Notes: generated by a model not told the origin, from the letters alone. A DNA stretch of 64,000 bases from an uncultured Planctomycetia bacterium (GCA_964493115.1 CAZBNF010000001.1:1786-65785), one strand, 5' to 3'. Shown: positions 25,401-30,208, numbered from the stretch's first letter. Translations and numbers: made by a program.

Positions 25401-28400
25401 GATTTTTGTTTCATAGATTTTCAATATATTCTGCTGAAACTCCCTGATATATTTAAGGATCTCGTATGTAGCAGGCCATCCCTTCTTACTTACCAAGTCT
25501 TCTGAAAATCTTATTCCGTCTTTTCCTAAACTTGCAAGCAAGCTGCCTTCTGGCTTTCCGCCTACAGAAACAATGTGTGCTTTGTATAAGGCATTCTTAA
25601 AATCCAAGTCCAGGCCGCCGGGATAGAAAGAATCCCCCATAATAAGCAATGCCTCGCCAGGGGTTTTTTGCTGGTATTTTTCATCAACTACATCCCTGAT
25701 GAAATGCTCTGCCGCAACAGCTTTGTTTGCGCCTGTTGTTAATATATGTATCGTGCGCCCGCCTGCTACGCGGGGAACAAGCGGCCAGCCGTTAGCTTTA
25801 AATAAATCTATCAATTCCCCAAAGGCCTTTTTCCTATCCTTAAGGCCGGATACTGTAAGAAGTCCCTGCCTGTAATGCAATTTGGCTTTAGAGTCTATTT
25901 TTTCTCTTATAGCTTTGGCTATTGTTTTTTCGCATTCTTTATTTGTAGCAAGAGGTGTATTTTCAGAGGCATCATAAACAGGCGTATCTATTAAATTGCC
26001 ATTTTCGTCAAACCTATTGCATCTTGCGCCTGCTGCGGTATAAATAGTAAGATTATTCAGTAGCTTTTTATCTTTTGCTGCTGCCTTATCTATAATATAT
26101 CTTTTAACTTCATCTAGTCCCTGCGTGGTAATTAACGCGATTTGAACCCCTTGCCCTAATAAAGAGAGCAGTTCATTTAGCATCTTCATATCAATTTCTT
26201 TTGTAACATCGGTAAGGGTGTTGTCTATATCAAATATCATTGCACGATAAGGTTGAGGCGGGGTAGCCTTAGGCAATATTACCTTGGGCTTTTCTATCTC
26301 TTCTTTTTCTTTTCTAAGCCGGGAAAGCTCTTGCTCTAAAGACTCTTTTTGCCCTGCCAGCTTTTCAACATCTAAAGCAAGAGTTTGCCTTTGAGACTTA
26401 AGCTGAGTTATTTCGGAGTTTAGTTTTTCGTGTATTTTCTCTGATTGAGATATCTCACTTCTAATACCGTCTAATCGTGCGCTTAAGATTTCTTTTTCTT
26501 TGGTCAGCATGGCTAATGCCGACTGCTGTGCTTGCGTTACAGACTTTAAGGACTGCAGTTGTTGCGTAATACCACGTAAGTCCTGCTCAAGCTGGGATGT
26601 TTTTTCTAAAAGCGAGTCCTTTTGTTTGGTAAGCCGGCTCACTTCCTCTTCAAGCGTGTCTTTTTGTTTCTGCGCTGACTGGAGTTCCTCATTTTTCTGA
26701 GTAATCTGAGCGAGCAGATCCTGTATTTTGGAGTTTAAATTATCTATCTGCGAGACCTTATCGCTTGCCTTGTCTTTTTCAGCAGTTTCTTTTTCACCTT
26801 TTTCACCAATAATTTCAGCTGCTTGGGCACGTAAATTAGTCAATTTTTCTGTAAGCGCAGACAGCTCGTTTTGCTCTGAAGATAATTTATCTTCAACAGC
26901 TTTTTTACGCTTAGCAAGCTCTGCGATGTCTGATTCATACTGGGTTTTTTCAGCGCTTAGCCTGCTAAGACCCGAGTTTATACTGTCAAGTCTATTCTTG
27001 GCTTCTTTAATATGCTGGTCGGATTTTTCTTCTTCAGCCTTAAGCGTTGCTATCCTATCTTCAAGTGCCTTCTCTTGCTGCTGCTTCTTTTTAATCTCAG
27101 AAACAAGGATTGAAAGAGTATCGCGGGCCTGCGGTATCTGTTTTTGGATATTGTTTAATTCTTCCTGAAGGGAAGTTCTGTTATCTGATAGGGTGGATAT
27201 TTCTTTTTCAATAGATGCTCTTGCTATATTAAGATTTTGAACATCTTGCTCAAGAGCGGACTTTGTATTTTCAAGGCTCTGTATCTGCTGTTGCGGGCCT
27301 GCAGCTTCTGGTGCGCTTGCTTGGAGTTTTTCTTTTTCCTTTTTATCTATTGCTGATTGTATGTTTATAAGGCGCTGTTCTAAGTCGGCTATTTCTTTTG
27401 TTAGGTTGTTTTTTTCCTGTCTTAATCGGGCTATTTCATTTGATAGAGCCGTATTCTCTGATTGCAGTTCTTTTTCTCTTGTGGCAAGAGCCTGTATTTT
27501 TTCTTTAAGACTATCCTGGTCTTTTAATAGTTGATCTATGTCTTCTTGAGGAGCTTTAGGCTTTTCCTGTACAATGGCTGCGACTGCCTCTTGTCTCTTA
27601 GAGGCCCTGGCCATTAATCGTGCCTCTCCCATTTTAAATAAATAAGGCTTAACAGGGAGATTAAGTTCGTCTAAGAGGGCTTTCTTTTTCTTTAATGTCT
27701 CTTCGCTTACAGTAAGAAGTCCTATGTATTTCCCTTCCCCAACATCTATTCCTAACTCATTTTTTATAAAATCTGCTCTTTTGGCTAAGTCTACTTTTGT
27801 GTATCTTGCAAGCCGCTGAACATATTTTGCCTGCATATTTGCCCCTAGAGACTCGAGTAGAGCTTTTTGTTTTTCAGGTGTTGTTTGTGCAGGCGGGGCC
27901 CTTGGCTCAGTTTTTTCTAAAACATCTGGGGCAACCGGTTTTTCGCTTATATCCCCTTTTAAACCTTCCACTTGCTTATATAAAGCATCTACTGCCTTAC
28001 CCATTTGGGCAAGGGCATCTCTTGCTGCTTCAAGCTCTTTTAATTGTTCTCTTGCGGATTTTAACCATTCTGTTAAATCTTCATTTTCAGCAGGCGGCTC
28101 TGTAATCTTATGTTGTTTTGTCATACCATCCAGAAATACACCTAGTTGCTTTTCAACATCATCGGTTTTTTTCTCAAGTTCTGTAATTCTTTTTGCATTA
28201 TGTTCGAGATCCTCGGCAGGGTCTGCATCTATTTTTTTAACTTCTCTAACAGGTGGTATTGCAGCGGCGGCCACTGGCTTTTCTGTTGGTTCTGCGGGTT
28301 TTGCAGGTACTGCTTGCGCTACTGGTACTGCAGGTGCTAATGGTTTTGCAACCGCAGGAGCCTCTTGAGGTTGTTGATGTGCTTCAGTATCCGGTTTTTG

Positions 28401-30005
28401 TTGTTCTCTAAAAAGCCTTTCAAGTTCTACGGCTTTATCTTTATTTTCTGCGGCACTTCTTTTGGCGTCTTCTTTATCCTGTTTTGCTTTAGCTAAGAGC
28501 CTTTTTGCCTCTTTAAGCTCATCTTCTTTCTGCTTTAAAGACGCTTCAAGTGCTTTTGACTCTGCTATTTTCGATTTAAGGGCTTTATTTCGTGCTAATA
28601 AAGCTATAATTGAAACTATAGGAATACCTATAAGTAATAAGAGTGATAAAATGGCTAGCGTTTTTTGAAGGGCAGAGCTGTCTTGCCAGAATCTGATTAA
28701 TGTGTGGGGGGCTTCTGTCTCTTGTTTAAGTTTTTGTTCATATACTTTTTGCTGAGCAGAGAGCTCTTTTTCAAGGCTGGCTACCTTTTCTTCCTGCTCT
28801 GTTATTTTATCCTGCTGTTGGCTGACTTTATCTTCATAGGCCTTTGCTTGCCTCTGAGAATCTTCCAGGCTTTGGGCAAGAGTTTCTGCCTTTTGCCTTT
28901 GCCCACCAAGCTTATCTTCTAAATCCCGGGCCATTACTTCTGCCTGATCTGCCTGGCTTTGTAGTAAGTCCTTAACTTCTGTTATTTTTTCTACAAATTC
29001 GTCCTGAGCGCCTGTAACCTTATCTTGCAATTCAGAAAATCTTTCTAAAACCTCTGCTTTTTCTTCCTGTAAAGACTCTACATCACTTTCTAAAACCTGA
29101 GTTCTGTCTTGAAGCTCAGCAATCCTTTGTCTATCCTGTAATCTTTCGCGAGCTTCTCTTAATTGCCCTAATGGTTGGCGTCTTAAGCCCTGTTCTTCTA
29201 AATCTTGGGCCAAGCGCCCCATATCAGGCGACCAATACAAGTAATTGTTTACCTGCTCAAGGCTGCCTTTACCTTTTCTTAAGGAATTTAAAGCCATTCT
29301 TAACCGTAATAGATCAGCACGAGAAAGTGAGTCGTCTTTTTCAGCGCCACGTAAGGCCTCTACTGTCTGTCGGCCAATTCTTACGCCCTCCCAGAAGGTA
29401 TGGCTGTCCCTGTCCGCAAGCTGGCATATCAGTGAGGCTATTTCAGAATACCTTACTGCTTCAATTCTTTGTATATCAACCTGCTCTTGTTGCGTTAATG
29501 GTATTATAACTTCCGCGGGTTGAGTTTGCGCATTAGACATGCTGGCCAGGCCCATTGTGAAAATAAATGCTGAGATAAGCAGTATGTTTCGAAGTATTTT
29601 AGTGGGGTTTAAATTTTTAAAGAATGTGGGTTTTGCAGATGAGATACCTGATGAAGATGACTTAACATCCTGCTGCTTGATTTTAGGAAGCGGCATACTC
29701 TCTCTGCCTGTTCCCGCAGCTATATCTATTTTACTTTTAAGATAATCTATGTCTAATGCCCTGATAAGTTCAATTGTTTCAGGGTCTATACTGCCTAAAT
29801 CAACGCCCTTATATCCTAATGCCCCCTCTATTTCTAAACTAATAGGATTTGACTTTACAGATTGTGCTCTTAAAGCAGAGTCTTTATTGAATGAAAAGTC
29901 CCAATTACATGCCCACGAGATATCGTGGAGTAAAAAGGCAAGGATTATAACTATAGAAATGATTTTAAAGATAAAACGGCTGGTCTTATTACGTTGCCAC
30001 ACCAT
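4452..30005 (-). CDS. Giant multidomain membrane protein (~8,517 aa): signal peptides, coiled coils, HAD hydrolase, HEAT repeats, TM bundles, two HExxH motifs, six AAA+ modules and VWA
   Basis: One uninterrupted ORF. The track starts it at 30212, but ATG 30005 has an SD (GAGGT), a sigma70 promoter just upstream and a signal peptide right after it (FIFKIISIVIILAFLLHDISWA). Confidence 0.9.
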   Translation of the reverse strand: MVWQRNKTSRFIFKIISIVIILAFLLHDISWACNWDFSFNKDSALRAQSVKSNPISLEIEGALGYKGVDLGSIDPETIELIRALDIDYLKSKIDIAAGTGRESMPLPKIKQQDVKSSSSGISSAKPTFFKNLNPTKILRNILLISAFIFTMGLASMSNAQTQPAEVIIPLTQQEQVDIQRIEAVRYSEIASLICQLADRDSHTFWEGVRIGRQTVEALRGAEKDDSLSRADLLRLRMALNSLRKGKGSLEQVNNYLYWSPDMGRLAQDLEEQGLRRQPLGQLREARERLQDRQRIAELQDRTQVLESDVESLQEEKAEVLERFSELQDKVTGAQDEFVEKITEVKDLLQSQADQAEVMARDLEDKLGGQRQKAETLAQSLEDSQRQAKAYEDKVSQQQDKITEQEEKVASLEKELSAQQKVYEQKLKQETEAPHTLIRFWQDSSALQKTLAILSLLLLIGIPIVSIIALLARNKALKSKIAESKALEASLKQKEDELKEAKRLLAKAKQDKEDAKRSAAENKDKAVELERLFREQQKPDTEAHQQPQEAPAVAKPLAPAVPVAQAVPAKPAEPTEKPVAAAAIPPVREVKKIDADPAEDLEHNAKRITELEKKTDDVEKQLGVFLDGMTKQHKITEPPAENEDLTEWLKSAREQLKELEAARDALAQMGKAVDALYKQVEGLKGDISEKPVAPDVLEKTEPRAPPAQTTPEKQKALLESLGANMQAKYVQRLARYTKVDLAKRADFIKNELGIDVGEGKYIGLLTVSEETLKKKKALLDELNLPVKPYLFKMGEARLMARASKRQEAVAAIVQEKPKAPQEDIDQLLKDQDSLKEKIQALATREKELQSENTALSNEIARLRQEKNNLTKEIADLEQRLINIQSAIDKKEKEKLQASAPEAAGPQQQIQSLENTKSALEQDVQNLNIARASIEKEISTLSDNRTSLQEELNNIQKQIPQARDTLSILVSEIKKKQQQEKALEDRIATLKAEEEKSDQHIKEAKNRLDSINSGLSRLSAEKTQYESDIAELAKRKKAVEDKLSSEQNELSALTEKLTNLRAQAAEIIGEKGEKETAEKDKASDKVSQIDNLNSKIQDLLAQITQKNEELQSAQKQKDTLEEEVSRLTKQKDSLLEKTSQLEQDLRGITQQLQSLKSVTQAQQSALAMLTKEKEILSARLDGIRSEISQSEKIHEKLNSEITQLKSQRQTLALDVEKLAGQKESLEQELSRLRKEKEEIEKPKVILPKATPPQPYRAMIFDIDNTLTDVTKEIDMKMLNELLSLLGQGVQIALITTQGLDEVKRYIIDKAAAKDKKLLNNLTIYTAAGARCNRFDENGNLIDTPVYDASENTPLATNKECEKTIAKAIREKIDSKAKLHYRQGLLTVSGLKDRKKAFGELIDLFKANGWPLVPRVAGGRTIHILTTGANKAVAAEHFIRDVVDEKYQQKTPGEALLIMGDSFYPGGLDLDFKNALYKAHIVSVGGKPEGSLLASLGKDGIRFSEDLVSKKGWPATYEILKYIREFQQNILKIYETKIMTEEEAKEQARRRTPEYMISQLFDNIPQHDQNIWAVLNNLYPFKDSKAEIKAMLIDLAKKDASLSRIIESLYSSISQGGRIKKEDMLSVQDYDQFKRQAGLKESFDATPSSIENGLGFTYNGRQYKLVLAPRDILDLIGGYISADCTDPGFANGSPFLKYVLGHIRSPGFLKFRLYKQLTQGQWEWAGNVYTAAARNKDNQAVLLIDALQLPSKDAGPFHTMPKPREKNPPFNNLQESTGVGEQIIGTLTKYAQDTGFKQVWLGFVSNFYAPNGGLVGYFQKKYAREYTATLPPLSRENKASEIVPTDSETAYQSRLAGLGLAPIGVDKEILDSFPRKDPWTWRGFARIWPIEKIKPPVPEVKAETEPVVEEAPTKPIVKPESTAPVEEKPKLISAKNVRVIIEKALKDLGLEDPAVRFYNTEEMQKVLEIWESLEEIDSAVLRELMQLYVDGVGGDVIENILKLENIRLSAIRYLEEIYAHPYYYIKDNDVQGKPINRKVSYSDDFLNSIAHLLCVLGSPIGISRTLNSLMRLIFASLIEHQYQQDPAGWRRVRENSTKTLKSLLQHIVDTIGDPAIMGIREVFDKYATRESSEYLKSAGKDKLLEGYGPSEACILLAGALMQLGDKEGFLFLKDALYSKSEEVQEWAKYAFYSVHNPNALRLLPDILTLDRIYHKSNAVRMSYVQPIKDGIPEDKDFIDRVLKAIDSYQKGKKDRGSIKYLQNAARLGKEPQASKAQQVLSVIEKKAEVEVKSPALQVKPPVSEVKAETAPVVEKAPPAVTPPISKAKIEKAPEVPRDERTETKIKFSQKEIEEFVNSLVSENEQKRLAARNSLIAIGLPIVRLLIEKERSIPWHDYDRFESEVLDIFVALGKPALEYLLNSWREGKNVNPLIVGHALAKAKDLRAIDPLINVIETQVDTKKTQAEDSLAALGNAGGLELMRCLENPLWIVKKHIARSLRKINDPAGLKASELILYILDKNKTKVLERSNDIIKLLILAFFEESDKEIINFIIECIEDMDENIVKEALNKKIEETKNDTTLAVASKNERLKRLVKISRELIIKQPLLDILNDKESNWDLLRLSALELAKFKIRNPKVEIISLLCEFKDRTDMFDKKFPESRALTQPPVEFIDRIKEIQIDPELISILLKSLTSLDPDDSIKVNAIRALGFVGAEEAIAPLTNSISGGKTGLEAILALGKIGAGLATPTQTEKRSYIVQTLIDKYPLSIIGNERLKIELMRAITIALAEAGGRDAIRFLVTKASWERWISLVGEVDVYILTQPFEDTRAIIKDVLNSSYEIDRISKTARRPESEIIKELKNLLERVNQEEQNINQAISKSKLPKSGMLDRAKRWFKGPKMFLMGLVIVSSWLGFTPQIHAQQPVPEEHIMRTTQPSEEETKIELPTVRQRPQAIPQQTVETPEKTEQQRLEEEKARIERQKRAEAARIEQERKRQEERIKREQEQAERKRVEAERRRLAGMVFKWIGLSILGLGSIVGAGYLIKASVENSKAVGKGIGKAIKHTVLLPYYFGKYLIYYPISGFIKGVEKTEEFIKGQIEEKRVGKEITAASVFFMVYCFYLLYSIGMHEELLKKSSPSVNELAKLLNNISITTMWVTFGFLGFLSLFATVRYIIKKKLSRPVSGVALFLVIAFSGISGFIGYKTAVYFSSKESANRITAIKGLTEHKQRGSRDQKIIISLIEALSDRETSIREAAAEALGICGDSQAIKPLIEALNDSSYEVRRAAVASLNRLGVIENTTDTELLKKILGLNSELQSKVTDAFVRIGRPALSSLADMLRDINNSQYQDTAKAALVRIGKDHPQQVMQAASKVLSNDNPSVRRRAVEIVSELNNPQAVDFLMRASSDSDWEIREHAVKALARVKTDSQEASILRSIDNYDENALVNMGKPAVSFLISALDGPSRHHTYRRDGLNRADFAAKILGIIGDKAAVEPIINAMQNRRINWKIAIDALTQLNDSRAVEPLLLMAKGRYDKDFDIQVVVEAIIHISGADPTPILLKALQDNDDEVCRTAAMVLARSNSPDIIKPFIERLDDRESDIVNISIQTLGRLRAEKAVRPIIRILKNSTISGEHLIYPLKAEHNRPYYGSRNLEIKRSIVEEALVQIGRPAAMPLLRISDHEKTGEEAQNILAKIGPEAVSPLVERLNHWNPSARKQSVELLTRIGVPAIPSLIQAFGSDAYTVREGALNALLDINNPDASINLLIPALQNQNEDVRWRAAIALAQMTDKQAVGPLIGITNDKSVRVRKAAVQALGSNGGFDTAQSIGPLMERLQDDDLFVRKAAIVSLERASLNYQFRNLVAHRIAASLRDSDWRVRAVAANILGNFSYSQEIINSLTPYLDDPNPYVRRQTVFSLGRLSPPNIQIFLNKALNDPDEYVRLTTAKAIEEIIALDNVYIDRFLQRILHHGENIRKTAIAELKEKSNSQIVYRLVRVLASQESPETERAHALNAIKMLDTQGVRALIVGLESKDVLTRQLSAEALVSIGKPACDELVANLRNENPLTRQALLNVLVRIGAPSKRALTNSIWDKSDLELSGLAKAVLWKIDYLEAQKTHQNLHFNYVTWPEIKKWARVLAPSYLIILVGIGGLFGFIKYIREQKTKRKASSILRHVGLNQKPMIIAEAFIRSGLNIELRINSNYKDLITSKEKGMLEKVLSELAASGNLQAIQKITKIKIVTGNDRLMHLDKNTHEIIIDKDAFKSYYLLFMEIEHELQHILVESLNRRAPPVIEELTVLRHEIMRFLSFVPSQQEEVLSVLKADNDLDDRKFHEILTYAQNYGIEKIPDLLIKYIRQFYPKDLQHGLSAAIMVVLRDKVISLWQDLHSKRIASYLGTKYDIEPKIANLMVRFHRKMVADIHKRNIGENKLEPYEFTLRELYKWAKFYQRFHTQWGAATSFIKGAVYVYADRMENQKDKDRFYYNINALSLDLEVLELADYKEGRKIDLLALLSKEQAINNIVKNDRDITIGDLKIKINVSTDSEYIPSRQSAELVLIPRTIEDLEKVALAVDLNDPVLLIGETGVGKTSLVRDLAFLTKNAFRRFNLNGQTDKLEFIGGFKPSHTYLTREDAIDIINQAVAASTRQEQRILAESVGLITGGKISFPKAKKLIQDALSARRWELVANVAEAIAHKKGLDKQKGVKFEWYNGILIESMQKGHWLVLDEINLAEPEVIERIRYLLEPKGYLKINEHKGEQWLQAKDYDKLVNEYAGSHTGTRENLIKQAITQLSARGIFRIHPNFRIFATMNPPEYEGRKQLSPALMNKFRVKWIRNFTQDEICEILRKKYHLNDDIINRLSNFYAELAGISGKEGELGKEIGQPYYFTIRQFFRLALRIQQWLSRLSNIPSPEIINKQLALEAQEVYGDSLKSEADQRLFKGLLRKEQVFGCEPPQVDTEIKIDEPKNKVYFGDVALPINKKGGLFIPTSKAELAPIPATKKNLRNLARSIEMKENLLLVGPTGSAKTASLTNIAYLTKNNFIRLNLDSQTDIGDLIGKNIPKEGTSEFLWQDGDLIRAMKEGYWLLLDEFNLAEPEILERINSLLDDDGSLVVTEHKGEVWIPGYVYDEKKANGENMANLRRIHENFRLFAAMNPEHYAGRNRLSLAMKNKFIEKWFSGDFSPEELKEIIRFYLAKEGLFKGPPIQGKSLDTIIEVMASVHMSILNKIRENRFNRLALSGNAEDYNFSLRDLKDWAEFIRNLVMQIGEGVIAKSVEDNRQQLNEKREILTMISDPVKKQEYIEKLKEVKLNPLEGLLQREKNADNKQKLASRIIKIKEEITKISDPQKIEEYKKELQSGIEKTMQSIAFFEQIKTDPHNIWYWGINRAIFDGAIYIYCDRLYGSAARTKEHISGDKDIFYKEILGPIFTQAVQSGIGGLEAISVEEERELLGEGVSFNELISQGKSEGMDIASQKLAAKFVDLTLGFPKELREKYLIHIFSNLTNPDKQIHGIYGFALLPKGIALELIDAALEHPNSKIKQAAMETLSQVFDPRDKNFVNEFTPFAAKLAVFLSDDNQDLRLTSALVLEKLEWVEWEQKAIPRLSQNPGKRPDKLPWDKTLQRLIRLKDSSGDYLGIFGFLKKKSTIISLLLISSAVMIFATPFILQASSFSLSTALIAFLGYLFGSRIWRFNKENAATYLVTGTIVAGLLTLPVILALYTTSSILVFSAYLSIFSGVFGISFGLLDLLGQSYYLIYLPQLQILSARYKKLALDLEDFYSLLEKTKEGKFIHFPFESEEKLNYFNTWYGKLTLLSGFILGIIFNISLFHTAKIDSLPVIPIIGWVPQWTQIAFGAITGGAFGYFISSFTILAATTFREIVYKPIKAIYGDEIKKREWIGFREILSSYGPLIIETFKKYRNALLESNNIVASIKKEATSKDDMLKTLRPDAIKRLDNGALIYKIFVPAPLQDSGNTQVFIPESENSELIPVIDTVKALKQISLSVLLDDPVLLIGETGVGKTSLVRYLANLTRHSFRRFNLSGQTDKTEFIGGYKPDLSGVFKWKDGILLEAMLYGHWLVLDELNLAESQVLERLNSLLDDDRTLVLAEHLGEHFKSIGVYEEKKRQGAEEFFDEFRKVNYLVDSDGRRIYCVHPDFRLFATMNPAEYAGRKILSPALMNRFRVKWIDELTTTEKKLVLLEKYYAKETGALKDDIEKHFISGDGSLDRLGIVHERISTAAKLREIGKDAVDPYHYSIRDLLKLGKRVARIIDLEENNTSMPLDGYQRDDILMRELWEVYSDRIRDEDEQDFLANELIRIAFEKQSVLGQSPQIVQSDSIFGDIVVPKNQRGGPYIPGREAILTHTQSTLHYLRRIAKAVMMNEKVLLVGPTGSAKTSFIRYIAHLTQNNFARMNLDAQTDTSELIGQYVPVEGKKNEFFWQDGMLVRALKEGWWVLFDEINLAEAEILERINSLLDDDSCLVITEHENEKLISSVEYEKKLDVFIKEYITSGVSKEEARQRAIEKLTKEKIFRIHPDFRLFSAMNPEHYAGRNRLSIAMRNKFTEIWISGDMSFEELTEITKGYLSEYSKGTIKGHALDSAAKAMVLFHTELQDIFKKLSVFTAEYEFSIRELRALSRYISMMSPKVGMNKAFNKGLAYIYIDRLHAKEFRYKNEKGEDSKTNDRKLFIEIIEDVLKGKQMAVPLLDLDYLKLYAIGRVPVEINFDSKSIDIEGAQVLVNKNNTLDYVPSEEVARLILTPQTKLNLSNIALSIILKEPLLLVGETGVGKTSFIRYLANKSRNNFRRFNLSGQTEKLEFIGGFKPDENGVFVWRNGILIEAMREGHWLVLDEINLAPSQIIERLNSLLDDDGFLVVTEHENEKWIQAERYDDQKKILLKSNTDAIKKDSNGAEYLVVKDTKLYRIHPDFRLLATMNPADAEYAGRKRFSPALMNRFRVKWIDELRRDPDTMDIIKELYGRELPAQLLDKFLDVHFQIKEKGRKLADGKIYYTIRHLMRWLNRIKDTTVKDENTLRRAAVLEGKEVYGDGLSEEMHQEELRKYLYDTLAEKFGSDFYDTDYQISSKGNKIYFGDIYLETNGRRDIYVPAHPLDLTPSTSKYLKKLAKAVLRNEPMLLVGPTGGGKTAFVRHLSDLVNINFISLDLDGQTDVAELIGQFIPEEKTNRYKWYPGALLQALETGSWILIDELNLAEPEVLERINSLLDDDGILVVTEHENEVYLPAKLYDTKFNKLKEEILKSGNITRDPATADSIAHAQLRKQGFYRIHPTFRLFAAMNPESYAGRMRLSLAMLNKFSLLWVSGEQPEEEQISIVKHYLAAPERETKETEIPNEFFKTISQPRTLFVKEARLEELSRQQSKQIESIIDKNEDIVNDIVLIAASEEHAGKYSVEFKQGYGEDLYAEFADIEKEINARRQKIDTERAIAISVGNAVSDIESIMQSLDNIAATKTSSAGSREGLERERKLFEEKIVIVERHDPQRTQELKDRFEQKFKEAESRIQATEAETAHKAQAEKERQEKEARLEESARAPQQELETKTVETKSTESKLDDIQEQLDLILKKNVKQQGTLGQIAKDPEDDLETMQKKLESLKSTSDALAQLSKKIDGMYKEIANLQEQLGKNPENLTSQKSSSAGLHITEAQQELSWFSRLNRWQKLQRVNSAMRKIELTAKFFGGDFNVKVQPHPGNEWGITYDTDPPTIVFPEKDLMKKNWRCNVATAMHEGSHRDITWVDPEFHESESNRFLFNAVEDPRVNNWIMAKYKGASSYFRDLYKETFPIDQKEPFHDSTVLPHIQYGLGLIHHWFYGKEHPAIKNKRVLDVLQRTREDAIRAYETLPGTISVTKERGNRITISSPVFKPMSIDLPHIGQRQYLGQPDISAIQRIDENKIVLTTARGHKEIISLSEGETHHIVINLSPSAEEKISAAQNAAWIIKHNILPAYNELVEDSKSIAKQNNSRTSGKGASSQQQQEKANQEVEQKSKEAADALGRKFPIDEELEKTVSEDKTAGSSRVKKDAGRADTKNQVIKGSADKTDEKKTASDALTKEESRERKDSKSKISEGVGQPQGLMDRSIPASKSEKSLSALEQIELREKLDQDSKRKLTRYDEYYLPMTRLIEQLFGVLDNELHKDIKPKYKGDYSTGPKLNLRKAMQMEQTADMDIWLRRVKPTKRSFKFALVLDESGSMGSSDKVINAMHSLVLLQEVLSRLDIDFSVIGFSERAWIHKEFGKKFRYENKDSLISEVLSYMARGQGTNDAEAVELAIKELESQDGDSKIAIVITDGQGNGRESVTKYLAEAHRKHIEVIGIGIGYAMEYVKDVYKPFILVNEIDDLPKVLAKVLIDIIVHQKPASEVGVNSLSKTAEMQVKSSSAGSYNEEHLALEKREQAIEVLTQKGKEIVPVLLNTIEKTNSISQMEGLAEVLGKIEDIRALPVLQRLQQKHRSSLILEKAVMRLLSSANAQRSITSDTLMTPQETTVTTPAVDIRSNRIDPANLRNLKNRNSAIQKAA
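4940..5470 (-). other. VWA/MIDAS domain within the giant protein
   Basis: FALVLDESGSM (DxSxS), GQGTND and IVITDG, preceded by the GPKLNLRKAM motif typical of MoxR-associated VWA proteins. Confidence 0.9.
8030..16830 (-). other. Six tandem MoxR/dynein-related (midasin-type) AAA+ modules within the giant protein
   Basis: Walker A near 16280 (GETGVGKT), 14960 (GPTGSAKT), 11980 (GETGVGKT), 10860 (GPTGSAKT), 9680 (GETGVGKT) and 8615 (GPTGGGKT). Each has a WhhhDEhNLA Walker B and an FRhhxxMNP sensor-1. Confidence 0.93.
17700..23000 (-). repeat. PBS-lyase/HEAT-like repeat arrays within the giant protein, in two blocks separated by a TM region
   Basis: Many units of the type VRxxAAxALGxxGDxxAVxPLIxAL (e.g. 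IREAAAEALGICGDSQAIKPLIEALND, VRWRAAIALAQMTDKQAVGPLI). Confidence 0.85.
23064..24337. repeat. 59-bp direct repeat pair (23064-23122 and 24279-24337) inside the giant gene
   Basis: 55/59 identical by manual alignment. The copies encode KPPVSEVKAETAPVVEKAP and KPPVPEVKAETEPVVEEAP. Confidence 0.9.
25450..26250 (-). other. HAD-superfamily (IIB/Cof/PMM-like) phosphatase domain within the giant protein
   Basis: Motif I MIFDIDNTLT, motif II ALITT, motif III GANK and motif IV LIMGDS...GLD. Confidence 0.8.
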
Positions 30006-30059
30006 GAATAAACCTCTATTTGAGACGTTTATATAATCTTTGAAAAAAGACTTATAAAG

Positions 30060-30088
30060 ATAATAGCATAATTCTAGTTTTCTGTCAA
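30060..30088 (-). promoter_or_regulatory. Sigma70-type promoter of the giant gene
   Basis: Minus strand reads TTGACA, 17 bp, then TATTAT with an extended -10 TG, about 55 nt upstream of ATG 30005. Confidence 0.7.
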
Positions 30089-30208
30089 TAAAAATTTGTA
30101 CTTTTTTGAAGTTTTTTTTGTAAGTGTTTGGGTGATCTTTTATATACCCCAATTGCTGCTTAGCAACATGGTTTATTATATCGCCAAACATTTGCATTGT
30201 AAAGCGGT

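Noticed and set aside
26300-29200. SMC or chromosome-segregation protein call for the long coiled coils
   Set aside because: There is no ABC-type ATPase head or hinge motif; it is generic heptad sequence within the giant ORF.
52-30036. Numerous short plus-strand ORFs over the kinase module and giant gene
   Set aside because: They are antisense shadows of long motif-bearing minus-strand genes and have no recognisable motifs.
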